64,000 bases of DNA from Actinomycetes bacterium. GTDB lineage: Bacteria > Actinomycetota > Actinomycetes > S36-B12. The notes beneath the pieces were generated by a model that was given only the letters and a program-made list of their open reading frames with translations, made no database searches and was not told the DNA's origin. The translations under genes and the position numbers were made by a program. This document shows positions 26,065 through 35,368 of this stretch, in pieces (within the stretch, counting starts at the first letter, position 1; each line of letters starts with the position of its first letter). The stretch lies in contig JAHEIZ010000014.1 in the NCBI GenBank assembly GCA_024639145.1, positions 4,543-68,542 of the forward strand, read 5' to 3'.

Positions 26065-27114
26065 CTAGGCCGCGAGAGCAGGGCGATGGCTCAGGTCGAT
26101 CTCCGCGCAGGCACGGAGCACGCTTTCGGGAATGCGCGGCAGCTGGCCATCGTCGACGAAGGGGGTACCGACGGGCAGGGAGCCGAGAATCGGGATGCCG
26201 AGAATGTCGCCGATGGCCTCGGGCCGAACGCCATGAGGACGCTCACGAACGACCACCCGAATGTCAGTGGCGAGCGCCGTGAGCTCCTCCAGGTAACGCG
26301 CAGCGGCTATCGCACCGCGCACCCGCGCACTGACGACGAGCACTACCGCGTGAGCTCGGCTGAGCACAGTTGCCGATGCGGTGCCCAGATCCCGCGGAAG
26401 ATCGACGACGGTGAGATCAAAGCCCCGACTGCCGGCATCGAGCACGGAGTTCCATGACTCGGGAGTTGCCTCGGGCGATCCCTCGCGATCCCAGGAGAGA
26501 ACAGCAGCACCCGACATGGTCGGCAGGGCCTGCCGGAAAGCGGAGGTCGCGAGCCGACCTCGAGTGTCGACCAGCTCGGGCCAGCGAACACCAACGGCGT
26601 TTTCGCCGCCCAGGGCAATGTCGATGCCACCACCGAGTCGGTCGCCGTCGATCAGCAGACTCGATCGACCATCGGCTGCGGACTGCACGGCGCAGGCGGC
26701 TGCGAGGGTTGATGCTCCGGCACCACCGGTCGCGGGCACGCACGCAATCAGGCGTCCGGCGCGTGAGGGCTCATCCGAGCATGACGTCAGCCTCTCGATC
26801 AGCCAGGACTCGGCATCAGGGAGGCAGGCAACGTGCTCGGCTCCGATCGACACGGCCACTCGCCAGGCGGTCGGATCCACTGAGTCGCCGGAGCCGCGTG
26901 TCACGAGGATCACTCCACTTCGTCGAGGCAAGTGATCGGCATCAGCCGAGCTCTCCACGTCAATGAGCACGAGTGGCGCCTGCGCCCAGCGGGTGCGCTC
27001 TGCGGCCGGATCCTCGGACACGTGAAGTTCCATGCCCGAAGCAGCCGAGAGCCGGGCACACTCCTCAATGAGCTCCGCATCGCGGCTGATGAGTAATGGT
27101 CGTGCGATATTCAT
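26065..27114 (-). CDS. CpaE-like / Ssd-like protein of the helicase/secretion neighbourhood (degenerate P-loop)
   Basis: Has an N-terminal receiver-like domain and a MinD/ParA-like domain. The P-loop position reads ATGGAGAST, with no lysines. ATG 27114 has a GGGAGG RBS. The track start at 27156 is 14 codons longer. Confidence 0.75.
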   Translation of the reverse strand: MNIARPLLISRDAELIEECARLSAASGMELHVSEDPAAERTRWAQAPLVLIDVESSADADHLPRRSGVILVTRGSGDSVDPTAWRVAVSIGAEHVACLPDAESWLIERLTSCSDEPSRAGRLIACVPATGGAGASTLAAACAVQSAADGRSSLLIDGDRLGGGIDIALGGENAVGVRWPELVDTRGRLATSAFRQALPTMSGAAVLSWDREGSPEATPESWNSVLDAGSRGFDLTVVDLPRDLGTASATVLSRAHAVVLVVSARVRGAIAAARYLEELTALATDIRVVVRERPHGVRPEAIGDILGIPILGSLPVGTPFVDDGQLPRIPESVLRACAEIDLSHRPALAA

Positions 27115-27232
27115 GAGGCCTCCCTGGTGATACTCGGAGCATCGATGCACGGACACACACGATCAATGCCTCAGCTCGACCTGTGGATGATGCGTGCGCC
27201 CCGGAGACCTGTGGACGAGGTAGCGTCAGCAC

Positions 27233-28039
27233 ATGACTTCAGGTGCCGTCTCTCGCGCGCCGATCGCCGCATTCTTCGACCTCGACAAGACGATCCTGGC
27301 CAAGTCGAGCTCATTCGCCTTCGCCCGTCCCTTCTATAAGGAGGGCTTGATCGGCCGCGCTGACGTCATCAAGAGTGCGTACGCGCAGTTCGTGTACCTG
27401 GCTTCAGGCGCTGACCACGATCAGATGGAGTCGATGCGCCAGTACATGTCGAATCTGGTCACCGGCTGGGAGGTCGAGAAGGTCCAGCAGATCGTGGCCG
27501 AGACCCTCGACACGATCGTCGATCCGATGGTCTACGAGGAAGCCCTCGATCTCATCGCCCATCACCGAATGCTCGGGCACCAGATCATCATCATCTCGTC
27601 ATCGGGCACCGATGTCGTCGAGCCCATCGGCCAGCGCCTCGGCGCAGACCTCGCTATCGGCACGCAGGTTGGCATCGAAGATGGGAAGTACACTGGCGAG
27701 ATTCTGTTCTACGCCTATGGCCCCGGGAAGGCTGAGGCGATGAGGAGCCTGGCCGTAGAGCGCGGCTACGACCTCGCTGAGTGCTACGCGTACTCCGACT
27801 CCTTCACCGACGTGCCGATGCTCGAGGCTGTCGGCCATCCGGTCGCCGTCAACCCTGACACTGAACTTCGCAAACTTGCAGTCGAGAACGACTGGCCCAT
27901 TCGCGACTTCGCGAAGCCGGTCGCGATGAAGAGCCGCATCGACAAGAAGCAAGCAGCGGCAGCAGGCGCCGGAGTTGCACTGGGTGCCGTCGCGCTGGGC
28001 ATTGCCTGGTACGCGCGACGCCGCTCGCTTCGCGCCTAG
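27233..28039 (+). CDS. HAD-IB family hydrolase (SerB-like) with C-terminal TM anchor
   Basis: Has HAD motif I FFDLDKT, motif II SSSG and motif IV YSDSFTD, with a C-terminal hydrophobic segment (AAAGAGVALGAVALGIAWY). Confidence 0.85.
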   Translation: MTSGAVSRAPIAAFFDLDKTILAKSSSFAFARPFYKEGLIGRADVIKSAYAQFVYLASGADHDQMESMRQYMSNLVTGWEVEKVQQIVAETLDTIVDPMVYEEALDLIAHHRMLGHQIIIISSSGTDVVEPIGQRLGADLAIGTQVGIEDGKYTGEILFYAYGPGKAEAMRSLAVERGYDLAECYAYSDSFTDVPMLEAVGHPVAVNPDTELRKLAVENDWPIRDFAKPVAMKSRIDKKQAAAAGAGVALGAVALGIAWYARRRSLRA

Positions 28040-28806
28040 ATCTCGACGGCCTTAGCGCCCATCGCCAGGGCGGTGGCAAACCAGGTGACGTACGCATTGA
28101 TGCCCTCCGCCGTTCCGGCCGAGTACTCGCGTATCGCAGCGACGTAGGCGGGTCGCCCGAGCTCGAACATCCCGTGCTCCGGAATGGTGAACAGTGACGG
28201 GTCGATTCCCTTGGATGCCATCACGAGCCGAACGCTCGCGCGTGCGACCAGGCCGCTGCCGATCTCGAACGGGCGAAGAGCCGAGAGCTCACCATGGACG
28301 ATCGCGGCGATCAGAAGCGCAGGCGAGGTCGACGTGGTGATCACAGTCGCCAGGCTCGCCATCCGAGGGCTGATCACGCTCGAGGGGGGAAGCAGGCCCA
28401 TGTTGAGCGGATCGCGCACCTCATCGCCACTGCGCGGCCGACCGCGCTCCTCGTCGGAGGCGAACCCCTGCGCGGCAATCGCATGCAATTCGGCGAGAAC
28501 CTGCAGCGGTGCGGTGGTCCAGGTGTCAACGAGTGCGGGAATCCTGCCCGTGAGCACCTGGGCATTACCGAGAATCCGACCCATCGGTGAGTCATCGACA
28601 ACCGCGGTGTCAGCGCCATCGATGGCTGCGGAGTCGCGGGCACCGCGCATGGCCGAGGCGGCAGCGACTTCAGCGGCCTTGGCCCGGATTCCCCTATCCC
28701 ACAGCACCGCATCGATCTCGTCGCGAGTGGCAGAGAGCAGACGTGATGACTGCTCCGAGAGTGGCAATCCGGCGAGCGGATCAGAGGTGCCGGGGCTGGT
28801 TGCCAT
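28036..28806 (-). CDS. conserved hypothetical protein with degenerate Fic-like motif
   Basis: 256 aa. Residues 171-189 (HGELSALRPFEIGSGLVAR) resemble the Fic core HPFx[DE]GNGRxxR but lack the catalytic His and several other motif residues. It overlaps the convergent HAD gene end by 4 nt. Confidence 0.45.
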   Translation of the reverse strand: MATSPGTSDPLAGLPLSEQSSRLLSATRDEIDAVLWDRGIRAKAAEVAAASAMRGARDSAAIDGADTAVVDDSPMGRILGNAQVLTGRIPALVDTWTTAPLQVLAELHAIAAQGFASDEERGRPRSGDEVRDPLNMGLLPPSSVISPRMASLATVITTSTSPALLIAAIVHGELSALRPFEIGSGLVARASVRLVMASKGIDPSLFTIPEHGMFELGRPAYVAAIREYSAGTAEGINAYVTWFATALAMGAKAVEI

Positions 28807-28848
28807 GCACCTATCTAACTAGTGAGAGTTCGTGGACTCAGTGGCGCA

Positions 28849-29526
28849 CTAGGCCAGACCCGATTGCGTTGCACGATAGGAGACCTCAGAACGATTGCGC
28901 GCACCAATCTTCTTCATCGCATTGTGCAGATGAAACTTGACGGTGCTCTCGCTGATGAAGAGCGCCTGCGCGATCTCGCGATTCGATTGACCATGTGCGA
29001 CAAGGCGCACCACTTCGCGCTCGCGCTCCGAGAGCGTGGCTTCCGCAGGCAAATGACCGCCGATCGTGCGCGCGACAACCGAGGCCACCTCAGCACTGAA
29101 TGCGCTATCACCGTGATCGATCGACTGCACCATCTTGCCGAGCTCATCAGGCGAACACCGCTTGAGCGCGTAGCCGACAGCACCGCGACGAAGTGACTCG
29201 ACCACGATCAATTCGGAGACTGCAGTGCTCAATACGAGCACTCGCACTCGTGGGAACTGCCTGCTGATGTCCTGCAGGAGTGCGAGTCCCTTGGTCGTGT
29301 CATCCTCAAGATCGACGTCGATGATCACAAGATCAGGCTCGAGGCTGGCGATCTGGTCGAGAGCCGTGGCAGAGTCACCGCACTCGGAGATGACCGCGAT
29401 TCCCGGGCGACGTTCGAGCACGGTTCTCGTGCCGGCGCGGAAGATGATGTTCGAATCGACCAGCGCAATGCGGATCTTGGCGTTAGGGGCGCGGTAGGAA
29501 CGCGGCAGTGAATGACCCGACGACAT
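28849..29526 (-). CDS. NarL/LuxR-family response regulator (no adjacent kinase)
   Basis: Has a receiver domain (IALVDSN...DLVIIDVDL...LVLST...YALK) and a LuxR HTH (LSEREREVVRLVAHGQSNREIAQALFISESTVKFHL). I place the start at ATG 29526, which has a GGAAGGGAG RBS. Confidence 0.85.
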   Translation of the reverse strand: MSSGHSLPRSYRAPNAKIRIALVDSNIIFRAGTRTVLERRPGIAVISECGDSATALDQIASLEPDLVIIDVDLEDDTTKGLALLQDISRQFPRVRVLVLSTAVSELIVVESLRRGAVGYALKRCSPDELGKMVQSIDHGDSAFSAEVASVVARTIGGHLPAEATLSEREREVVRLVAHGQSNREIAQALFISESTVKFHLHNAMKKIGARNRSEVSYRATQSGLA

Positions 29527-29705
29527 CCCACTCCCTTCCACCGAAGCACCCAGTCCCTGGCAACCTAGCCGAACGGCCAGGGGGTCGACCAGCCTTTTCG
29601 ACAGTTGGGAGTCAGTCCGCGCCCATAGACGCGCGACGGCTGTGACCTGGCTCATAGCGTCCCGTCCATCACGGGATCACCCGATCCAGTCCCTCAAGGA
29701 GACTC

Positions 29706-31229
29706 ATGACTGTCTACGCAGCGCCCGGCCAGCCCGGCAGCAAGATGACCTACAAGTCGCGTTACGACAACTACATCGGTGGCAAGTACGTGCCGCCGTC
29801 AAGCGGCCAGTACTTCGAGAACATCACCCCCGTCACCGGTCAGGTCTTCTGCGAGATGGCTCGCGGCAATGCCGATGACGTCGAACTGGCCCTGGACGCC
29901 GCGCATGCCGCTGCACCGGCCTGGGGCCGTACCTCGGTAACCGAGCGCTCCAACATCCTGCTCAAGATTGCCGACCGCATGGAGGCCAATCTCGAGGCCA
30001 TCGCCGTCGCCGAGACCTGGGAGAACGGAAAGCCGGTGCGCGAAACCCTCGCCGCTGATATTCCACTTGCCATCGATCATTTCCGCTACTTCGCCGGCGC
30101 CATCCGCGCTCAGGAGGGCACCCTTGGCGAGATCAACGACGACATGGTCGCGTACCACTTCCATGAGCCGCTGGGCGTCGTCGCACAGATCATCCCGTGG
30201 AACTTCCCGATCCTGATGGCCGTGTGGAAGCTCGCTCCCGCACTCGCCGCCGGCAACTGCGTCGTGCTCAAGCCCGCCGAGCAGACTCCCGCGTCGATCC
30301 ATTACTTGATGTCGCTGATCGAGGACCTGCTTCCCGCAGGCGTGCTCAACATCATCAACGGCTTCGGCGTCGAGGCGGGTAAGCCACTCGCCTCCTCGCG
30401 TCGCGTGGCCAAGGTCGCCTTCACTGGCGAGACCACCACGGGTCGTCTGATCATGCAGTACGCAGCTGAGAACATCATCCCCGTCACGCTCGAGCTCGGC
30501 GGAAAGAGCCCGAACATCTTCTTCGCTGACGTTGCGGCAGAGAAGGATGACTTCTACGACAAGGCCCTCGAGGGTTTCACGATGTTCGCGCTCAATCAGG
30601 GCGAGGTCTGCACCTGCCCGTCGCGTGCACTCATCGACGCCAAGATCTACGACTCGTTCCTTGGCGATGCAGTCGAGCGCACCAAGATGGTCAAGCAGGG
30701 CAATCCTCTCGATGTCAGCACCATGATCGGTGCACAGGCAAGCAACGACCAGCTCGAGAAGATCCTGTCGTACATCGACATCGGCAAGGCCGAGGGAGCA
30801 AAGATCCTGACCGGTGGCACCCGCGTCGATCTCGGCGGCGATCTCTCCGGCGGCTTCTACGTTGCACCCACGGTATTCGAGGGCAACAACGCGATGCGCA
30901 TCTTCCAGGAGGAGATCTTCGGCCCCGTCGTCTCGGTCGCGAAGTTCAGCGGCTACGACGATGCGATCAAGATCGCCAATGACACTCTCTACGGTCTCGG
31001 TGCCGGTGTCTGGACGCGCGATGGCAACACTGCCTACCGCGCAGGTCGCGCCATTCAGGCCGGTCGTGTCTGGACCAACTGTTACCACGACTACTCCGCG
31101 CATGCGGCGTTCGGTGGCTACAAGCAGTCGGGCATCGGTCGCGAGACCCACAAGATGATGCTCGATCACTACCAGCAGACCAAGAACCTGCTGGTGTCGT
31201 ACTCCCCGAAGGCACTCGGCTTCTTCTAA
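29706..31229 (+). CDS. NAD-dependent aldehyde dehydrogenase (acetaldehyde dehydrogenase-like)
   Basis: 507 aa with ALDH signatures (ELGGKSP, catalytic Cys context [11 protein letters not shown]) and the C-terminal [10 protein letters not shown]. Confidence 0.92.
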   Translation: MTVYAAPGQPGSKMTYKSRYDNYIGGKYVPPSSGQYFENITPVTGQVFCEMARGNADDVELALDAAHAAAPAWGRTSVTERSNILLKIADRMEANLEAIAVAETWENGKPVRETLAADIPLAIDHFRYFAGAIRAQEGTLGEINDDMVAYHFHEPLGVVAQIIPWNFPILMAVWKLAPALAAGNCVVLKPAEQTPASIHYLMSLIEDLLPAGVLNIINGFGVEAGKPLASSRRVAKVAFTGETTTGRLIMQYAAENIIPVTLELGGKSPNIFFADVAAEKDDFYDKALEGFTMFALNQGEVCTCPSRALIDAKIYDSFLGDAVERTKMVKQGNPLDVSTMIGAQASNDQLEKILSYIDIGKAEGAKILTGGTRVDLGGDLSGGFYVAPTVFEGNNAMRIFQEEIFGPVVSVAKFSGYDDAIKIANDTLYGLGAGVWTRDGNTAYRAGRAIQAGRVWTNCYHDYSAHAAFGGYKQSGIGRETHKMMLDHYQQTKNLLVSYSPKALGFF

Positions 31230-31235
31230 GCCGCG

Positions 31236-31646
31236 GTGGAGAATACGACCGTGAACTCACGAGTCGATGTGACCGCGGAGGCGGCGGAGTTGCTCCGTCG
31301 CCTTCGCGTCATGCACGGCCCATTGATGTTCCACCAATCCGGCGGATGCTGCGATGGCTCGGCTCCGATGTGCTACCTCGCCGGGGAGTTCCGGGTGGGC
31401 GGGCAGGATGTCCGTCTTGCCGAGCTGCAGATCGATGGCATTGCGGAGCCCATTGGCTTCTGGATGTCCCTCTCCCAATTCGAGTACTGGTCGCACACGC
31501 ATCTGACCGTCGATGCCGTGCCCGGCCGAGGCGGCGGGTTCTCCCTCGAGAGCCCGGAGGGGATGCGATTCCTGATTCGCTCCCGCCTGTTTACCGATGA
31601 CGAGGCAGCGGCATTGCCCGCCGTCGTCGGCGGAAACGAGATCTAG
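31236..31646 (+). CDS. DUF779-family protein
   Basis: 136 aa. It has the Cys-rich HQSGGCCDGSAPMCY motif and sits directly after an aldehyde dehydrogenase, which is the usual DUF779 context. Confidence 0.8.
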   Translation: MENTTVNSRVDVTAEAAELLRRLRVMHGPLMFHQSGGCCDGSAPMCYLAGEFRVGGQDVRLAELQIDGIAEPIGFWMSLSQFEYWSHTHLTVDAVPGRGGGFSLESPEGMRFLIRSRLFTDDEAAALPAVVGGNEI

Positions 31647-31751
31647 GCCGCATCGGGGCAAAAGGCCCCCTACCGAGTGCCTTCCCTCCCCTAACCTGAG
31701 CTGGCCTGTAGCACTCCCGCACCTCGCGGGACCGAACACCGAAGGATCCCC

Positions 31752-33707
31752 ATGAGCACCGACGCCCTGTCGAATCTCGGTTCTGAGTCACGTACCTTCG
31801 CGCCGAGCCCCGATTTCGCCGCGGCCGCCAACGCCCAGCCGAGCCTGTACGCGGAGGCTTCCGCTGACCGACTGGCCTTCTGGGCCGCGCAGGCCGAGCG
31901 CCTCGACTGGGCCGAGCCCTTCACCCAGGTACTCGACTGGTCGAATGCTCCGTTCGCACGCTGGTTCGTGGGCGGCAAGCTCAACGTCGCGTATAACTGC
32001 GTCGATCGCCACGTCGAGGCCGGCTACGGCGGACAGGTCGCGATTCGCTTCGAGGGCGAGCCCGGCGATCTTCGCAACATCACGTATGCCGAACTGCAAG
32101 ACGAGGTCTGCAAGGCCGCCAATGCGCTCACTGAACTCGGCATCACCGCAGGCGATCGCGTCGCGATCTACATGCCGATGATTCCGGAGGCGGTCATCGC
32201 GATGCTCGCCTGCGCTCGAGTTGGCGCTCCTCACTCGGTCATCTTCGGCGGATTCGCCGCACATGCACTGGAGAGTCGCATCAACGATGCCGAGGCCAAG
32301 CTCGTCATCACGACCGATGGCCAGAACCGACGCGGTTCCGTAATGCCGCTGAAGCCTGCTGTTGACGAGGCCGTCAAGACAACTCCGACTGTCGAGCACG
32401 TTCTCGTCGTCAAGCGCACCGGGGGCGAGGTCGACTGGAACCCGGATCTCGACGTGTGGTGGCACGACATCGTCGACAGCCAGAGCCCGCTGCATGAGCC
32501 CGAGGCTTTCGACAGCGAGCATCCGCTCTTCATCCTGTACACATCAGGAACGACCGGAAAGCCGAAGGGCATCCTGCACACCACCGGCGGTTACCTCACC
32601 CAGACCTCCTACACGCATTACAACGTATTCGACCTGAAGCCCGAGACAGATGTGTTCTGGTGCACCGCAGATATCGGCTGGGTCACCGGCCATTCGTACG
32701 TCGTCTACGGCCCGCTCTCCAATCGCGCGACGCAGGTCATCTACGAAGGCACTCCTGATACCCCGGGGCAGGATCGCTGGTGGGACATCATCGAGCGTCA
32801 CAAGGTGTCGATTCTCTACACGGCTCCGACGGCCATTCGCACTTTCATGAAGTGGGGCGATGACCTTCCGCAGTCGAAGAATCTCTCGTCACTTCGCGTG
32901 CTCGGCTCGGTCGGTGAGTCGATCAATCCGGAAGCGTGGATGTGGTACCGCGATGTCATCGGCGGCAATCGCTGCCCGATCGTCGATACGTGGTGGCAGA
33001 CCGAGACCGGCGCGATGATGGTGTCGCCGCTTCCCGGTGTCACCGCAACGAAGCCCGGCTCCGCCATGGGCGCACTCCCCGGCATCTCCGTCGCCATCGT
33101 CGATGACAACGGAACGCCCGTGGGCAATGGCCATGGCGGCTACCTAGTGCTCACCGAGCCCTGGCCCTCGATGCTCCGCGGAATCTGGGGAGACAACGAG
33201 CGCTATGTCGATACCTACTGGTCGCGCTGGCCGCAGTACTACTTCGCCGGAGATGGCGCGAAGTTCGACGACGATGGCGCACTGTGGTTGCTGGGTCGTG
33301 TTGACGACGTCATGAACGTCTCGGGCCACCGCATCTCGACTACCGAGGTCGAGTCGGCGCTCGTCTCGCACCCGACTGTCGCGGAGGCTGCAGTCGTCGG
33401 CGCAAACGACGAGATGACCGGTCAGGGCATCGTCGCCTTCGTGATCTTGCGCAAGGGCTCCGAGGATGGCCCGGGTGTCGCCAAGGCACTTCGCGATCAT
33501 GTGGCCAAGGAGATCGGGCCTATTGCGAAGCCGCGCCAGATCATGATCGTGGCCGAGCTGCCGAAGACCCGCTCGGGCAAGATCATGCGACGACTCCTGC
33601 GTGATGTCGCGGAGAATCGTGATCTCGGGGATTCGACCACTCTCGCCGATCCGACTGTCATGAATATGATCGCGGCAGGCCTATCAAGTTCACCAACCGA
33701 GGAGTAA
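31752..33707 (+). CDS. acs: acetyl-CoA synthetase
   Basis: 651 aa with the AMP-binding motif YTSGTTGKPKG, WWQTETG, and the C-terminal PKTRSGKIMRR carrying the regulatory Lys. Confidence 0.95.
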   Translation: MSTDALSNLGSESRTFAPSPDFAAAANAQPSLYAEASADRLAFWAAQAERLDWAEPFTQVLDWSNAPFARWFVGGKLNVAYNCVDRHVEAGYGGQVAIRFEGEPGDLRNITYAELQDEVCKAANALTELGITAGDRVAIYMPMIPEAVIAMLACARVGAPHSVIFGGFAAHALESRINDAEAKLVITTDGQNRRGSVMPLKPAVDEAVKTTPTVEHVLVVKRTGGEVDWNPDLDVWWHDIVDSQSPLHEPEAFDSEHPLFILYTSGTTGKPKGILHTTGGYLTQTSYTHYNVFDLKPETDVFWCTADIGWVTGHSYVVYGPLSNRATQVIYEGTPDTPGQDRWWDIIERHKVSILYTAPTAIRTFMKWGDDLPQSKNLSSLRVLGSVGESINPEAWMWYRDVIGGNRCPIVDTWWQTETGAMMVSPLPGVTATKPGSAMGALPGISVAIVDDNGTPVGNGHGGYLVLTEPWPSMLRGIWGDNERYVDTYWSRWPQYYFAGDGAKFDDDGALWLLGRVDDVMNVSGHRISTTEVESALVSHPTVAEAAVVGANDEMTGQGIVAFVILRKGSEDGPGVAKALRDHVAKEIGPIAKPRQIMIVAELPKTRSGKIMRRLLRDVAENRDLGDSTTLADPTVMNMIAAGLSSSPTEE

Positions 33708-33711
33708 GCCC

Positions 33712-34953
33712 ATGGCGAGAGCGCAATTCCTCTCTCGCCCATCTCTCTTCCAGAGGACGTGGCTGCGCACCCAACTGCGCGATGAGACCGTCGGCGGCAT
33801 CCTGCTGCTCGTCATGGCCATCGCCGCATTGATCTGGGCTAACTCACGCTGGGGAGACTCCTATGTCGAACTCGTCGCCCGCCAGGTGGGACCACAGTCA
33901 CTGCACCTTCATCTGAGCTTGGGCACCTGGGCAGCAGACGGCCTGCTCGCAGTGTTCTTCTTCATCGCGGGGCTCGAGCTCAAGCATGAGTTCGTTCTCG
34001 GCACGCTGTCGAAACCGGCACAGGCGGTAGTGCCCGTCGCCGCTGCGATCGGCGGAATGCTCCTGCCTGCGGTGATCTTCGTGGTCGTGAATGCCACGGC
34101 AGCCAATGGAGCACCGGGCGGCTGGGGCATCCCGATGGCCACCGATATCGCCTTCGCCCTGGCGGTGCTCGCTGTTGTCGGCAGAAGACTTCCGTTACCC
34201 CTGCGTGCCTTTCTGCTCGCCCTTGCCGTGGTCGATGATCTCGGTGCCATCACGGTGATCGCGATCTTCTACTCGCACGGATTCAGCGCGGGGTGGTTCG
34301 TCGCTGCGCTTGCACTCTTCACCATCTACGCATGTGCGCAGCGTGCTCGCTGGCGTACGCCCTTTCTCTACGTGCCACTTGCCCTCCTCGCCTGGTACTG
34401 CCTCTTCCAGAGTGGTATCCACGCCACCGTGGCGGGCGTTGCCCTCGGCCTGCTCACGCGGGTGAAGCCCGATCCCGGCGAGACCTCGAGCCCTGCCGAG
34501 CGCATGACTCACCTGATTCATCCGATCAGCGCGGGACTGTGCGTCCCTCTCTTCGCCTTCTTCGCGTCAGGTGTCGATCTCCGCAGCAGCGGCCTGCTCG
34601 GCGCGCTCAACAATCCCATCGCGATCGGCGTGCTCATCGGCCTGGTGATCGGCAAGCCCCTGGGCGTCTTCGGCACCGCGTGGCTCACTGCCCGATTCAC
34701 TCGCGCCCAGTTGAACCCACTCCTCGCCTGGCGAGACATCGCCACGGTGGGTCTGCTCGCCGGCATCGGCTTCACCGTCGCACTGCTCATCAGCGAGCTT
34801 GCCTACCCGGGCTCCCCCGTGGAGACGAACAGCGCGAAGGTCGCCGTCCTCACCGCCTCAGTGATCTCCGCGGCACTTGCCACGATCGCGATCAGGGCCC
34901 GAAATCGCCACTATCGCCTCGTGGAATCGATTGAGCAGGCCGAGGAGCGGTAA
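33712..34953 (+). CDS. nhaA: Na+/H+ antiporter NhaA
   Basis: 413 aa and polytopic, with the conserved VVDDLGAI double-Asp motif. Confidence 0.92.
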   Translation: MARAQFLSRPSLFQRTWLRTQLRDETVGGILLLVMAIAALIWANSRWGDSYVELVARQVGPQSLHLHLSLGTWAADGLLAVFFFIAGLELKHEFVLGTLSKPAQAVVPVAAAIGGMLLPAVIFVVVNATAANGAPGGWGIPMATDIAFALAVLAVVGRRLPLPLRAFLLALAVVDDLGAITVIAIFYSHGFSAGWFVAALALFTIYACAQRARWRTPFLYVPLALLAWYCLFQSGIHATVAGVALGLLTRVKPDPGETSSPAERMTHLIHPISAGLCVPLFAFFASGVDLRSSGLLGALNNPIAIGVLIGLVIGKPLGVFGTAWLTARFTRAQLNPLLAWRDIATVGLLAGIGFTVALLISELAYPGSPVETNSAKVAVLTASVISAALATIAIRARNRHYRLVESIEQAEER

Positions 34954-34962
34954 TCTGCTGCC

Positions 34963-35352
34963 ATGGCTAACGACGCAAGCATCGCTGACCTCGTGCGCAA
35001 GACCGCGAACGACGCCAAGCGCCTCGTGCAGGCTCAGGTGGCCTTCACCCAGGCAGAGCTCAAGAGCTCCGGCGAGGCCGTCGCTCGCACGAGCATCATG
35101 GCTGTTGTCACGCTGGTCACGATCAGCCTGTTCGCCATCTTCATCCTGATCACCATCGCCTTCGCCCTGGCGGCCATGGGGCTTCCGACCTGGGCCGGCT
35201 TCGGGCTCGTCTCACTCTTCTTGCTCATTGCCGCGATCGTGACCGGCATTCTCACCAAGAAGAACGCCTCCTCCATCAAGGGCCCTGACCTCTCGATGGC
35301 CGAGCTTCGCAAGACCCAGGAGACCCTGGCTCCCGCGAAGCCTGTCGAGTAA
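34963..35352 (+). CDS. small membrane protein, actinobacterial holin-X-like family
   Basis: 129 aa with an amphipathic N-terminus followed by two TM helices. It resembles the family annotated as putative actinobacterial holin-X. There is no phage context. Confidence 0.55.
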   Translation: MANDASIADLVRKTANDAKRLVQAQVAFTQAELKSSGEAVARTSIMAVVTLVTISLFAIFILITIAFALAAMGLPTWAGFGLVSLFLLIAAIVTGILTKKNASSIKGPDLSMAELRKTQETLAPAKPVE

Positions 35353-35368
35353 TTCCCTCGCACTTCAC

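Noticed and set aside
29799-31169. 456-aa minus-strand ORF antisense to the aldehyde dehydrogenase gene
   Set aside because: This is a shadow ORF in GC-rich coding DNA with no recognisable motifs. The plus-strand ALDH assignment is unambiguous. The same reasoning applies to 41222..42124 (-), 15459..16532 (+), 17140..17883 (+), 38055..38792 (-) and 37381..38259 (+).
34963-35352. The holin-like gene as evidence for a prophage
   Set aside because: No integrase, capsid, tail, terminase or endolysin genes occur anywhere in the window. The neighbours are nhaA and a hydrolase.
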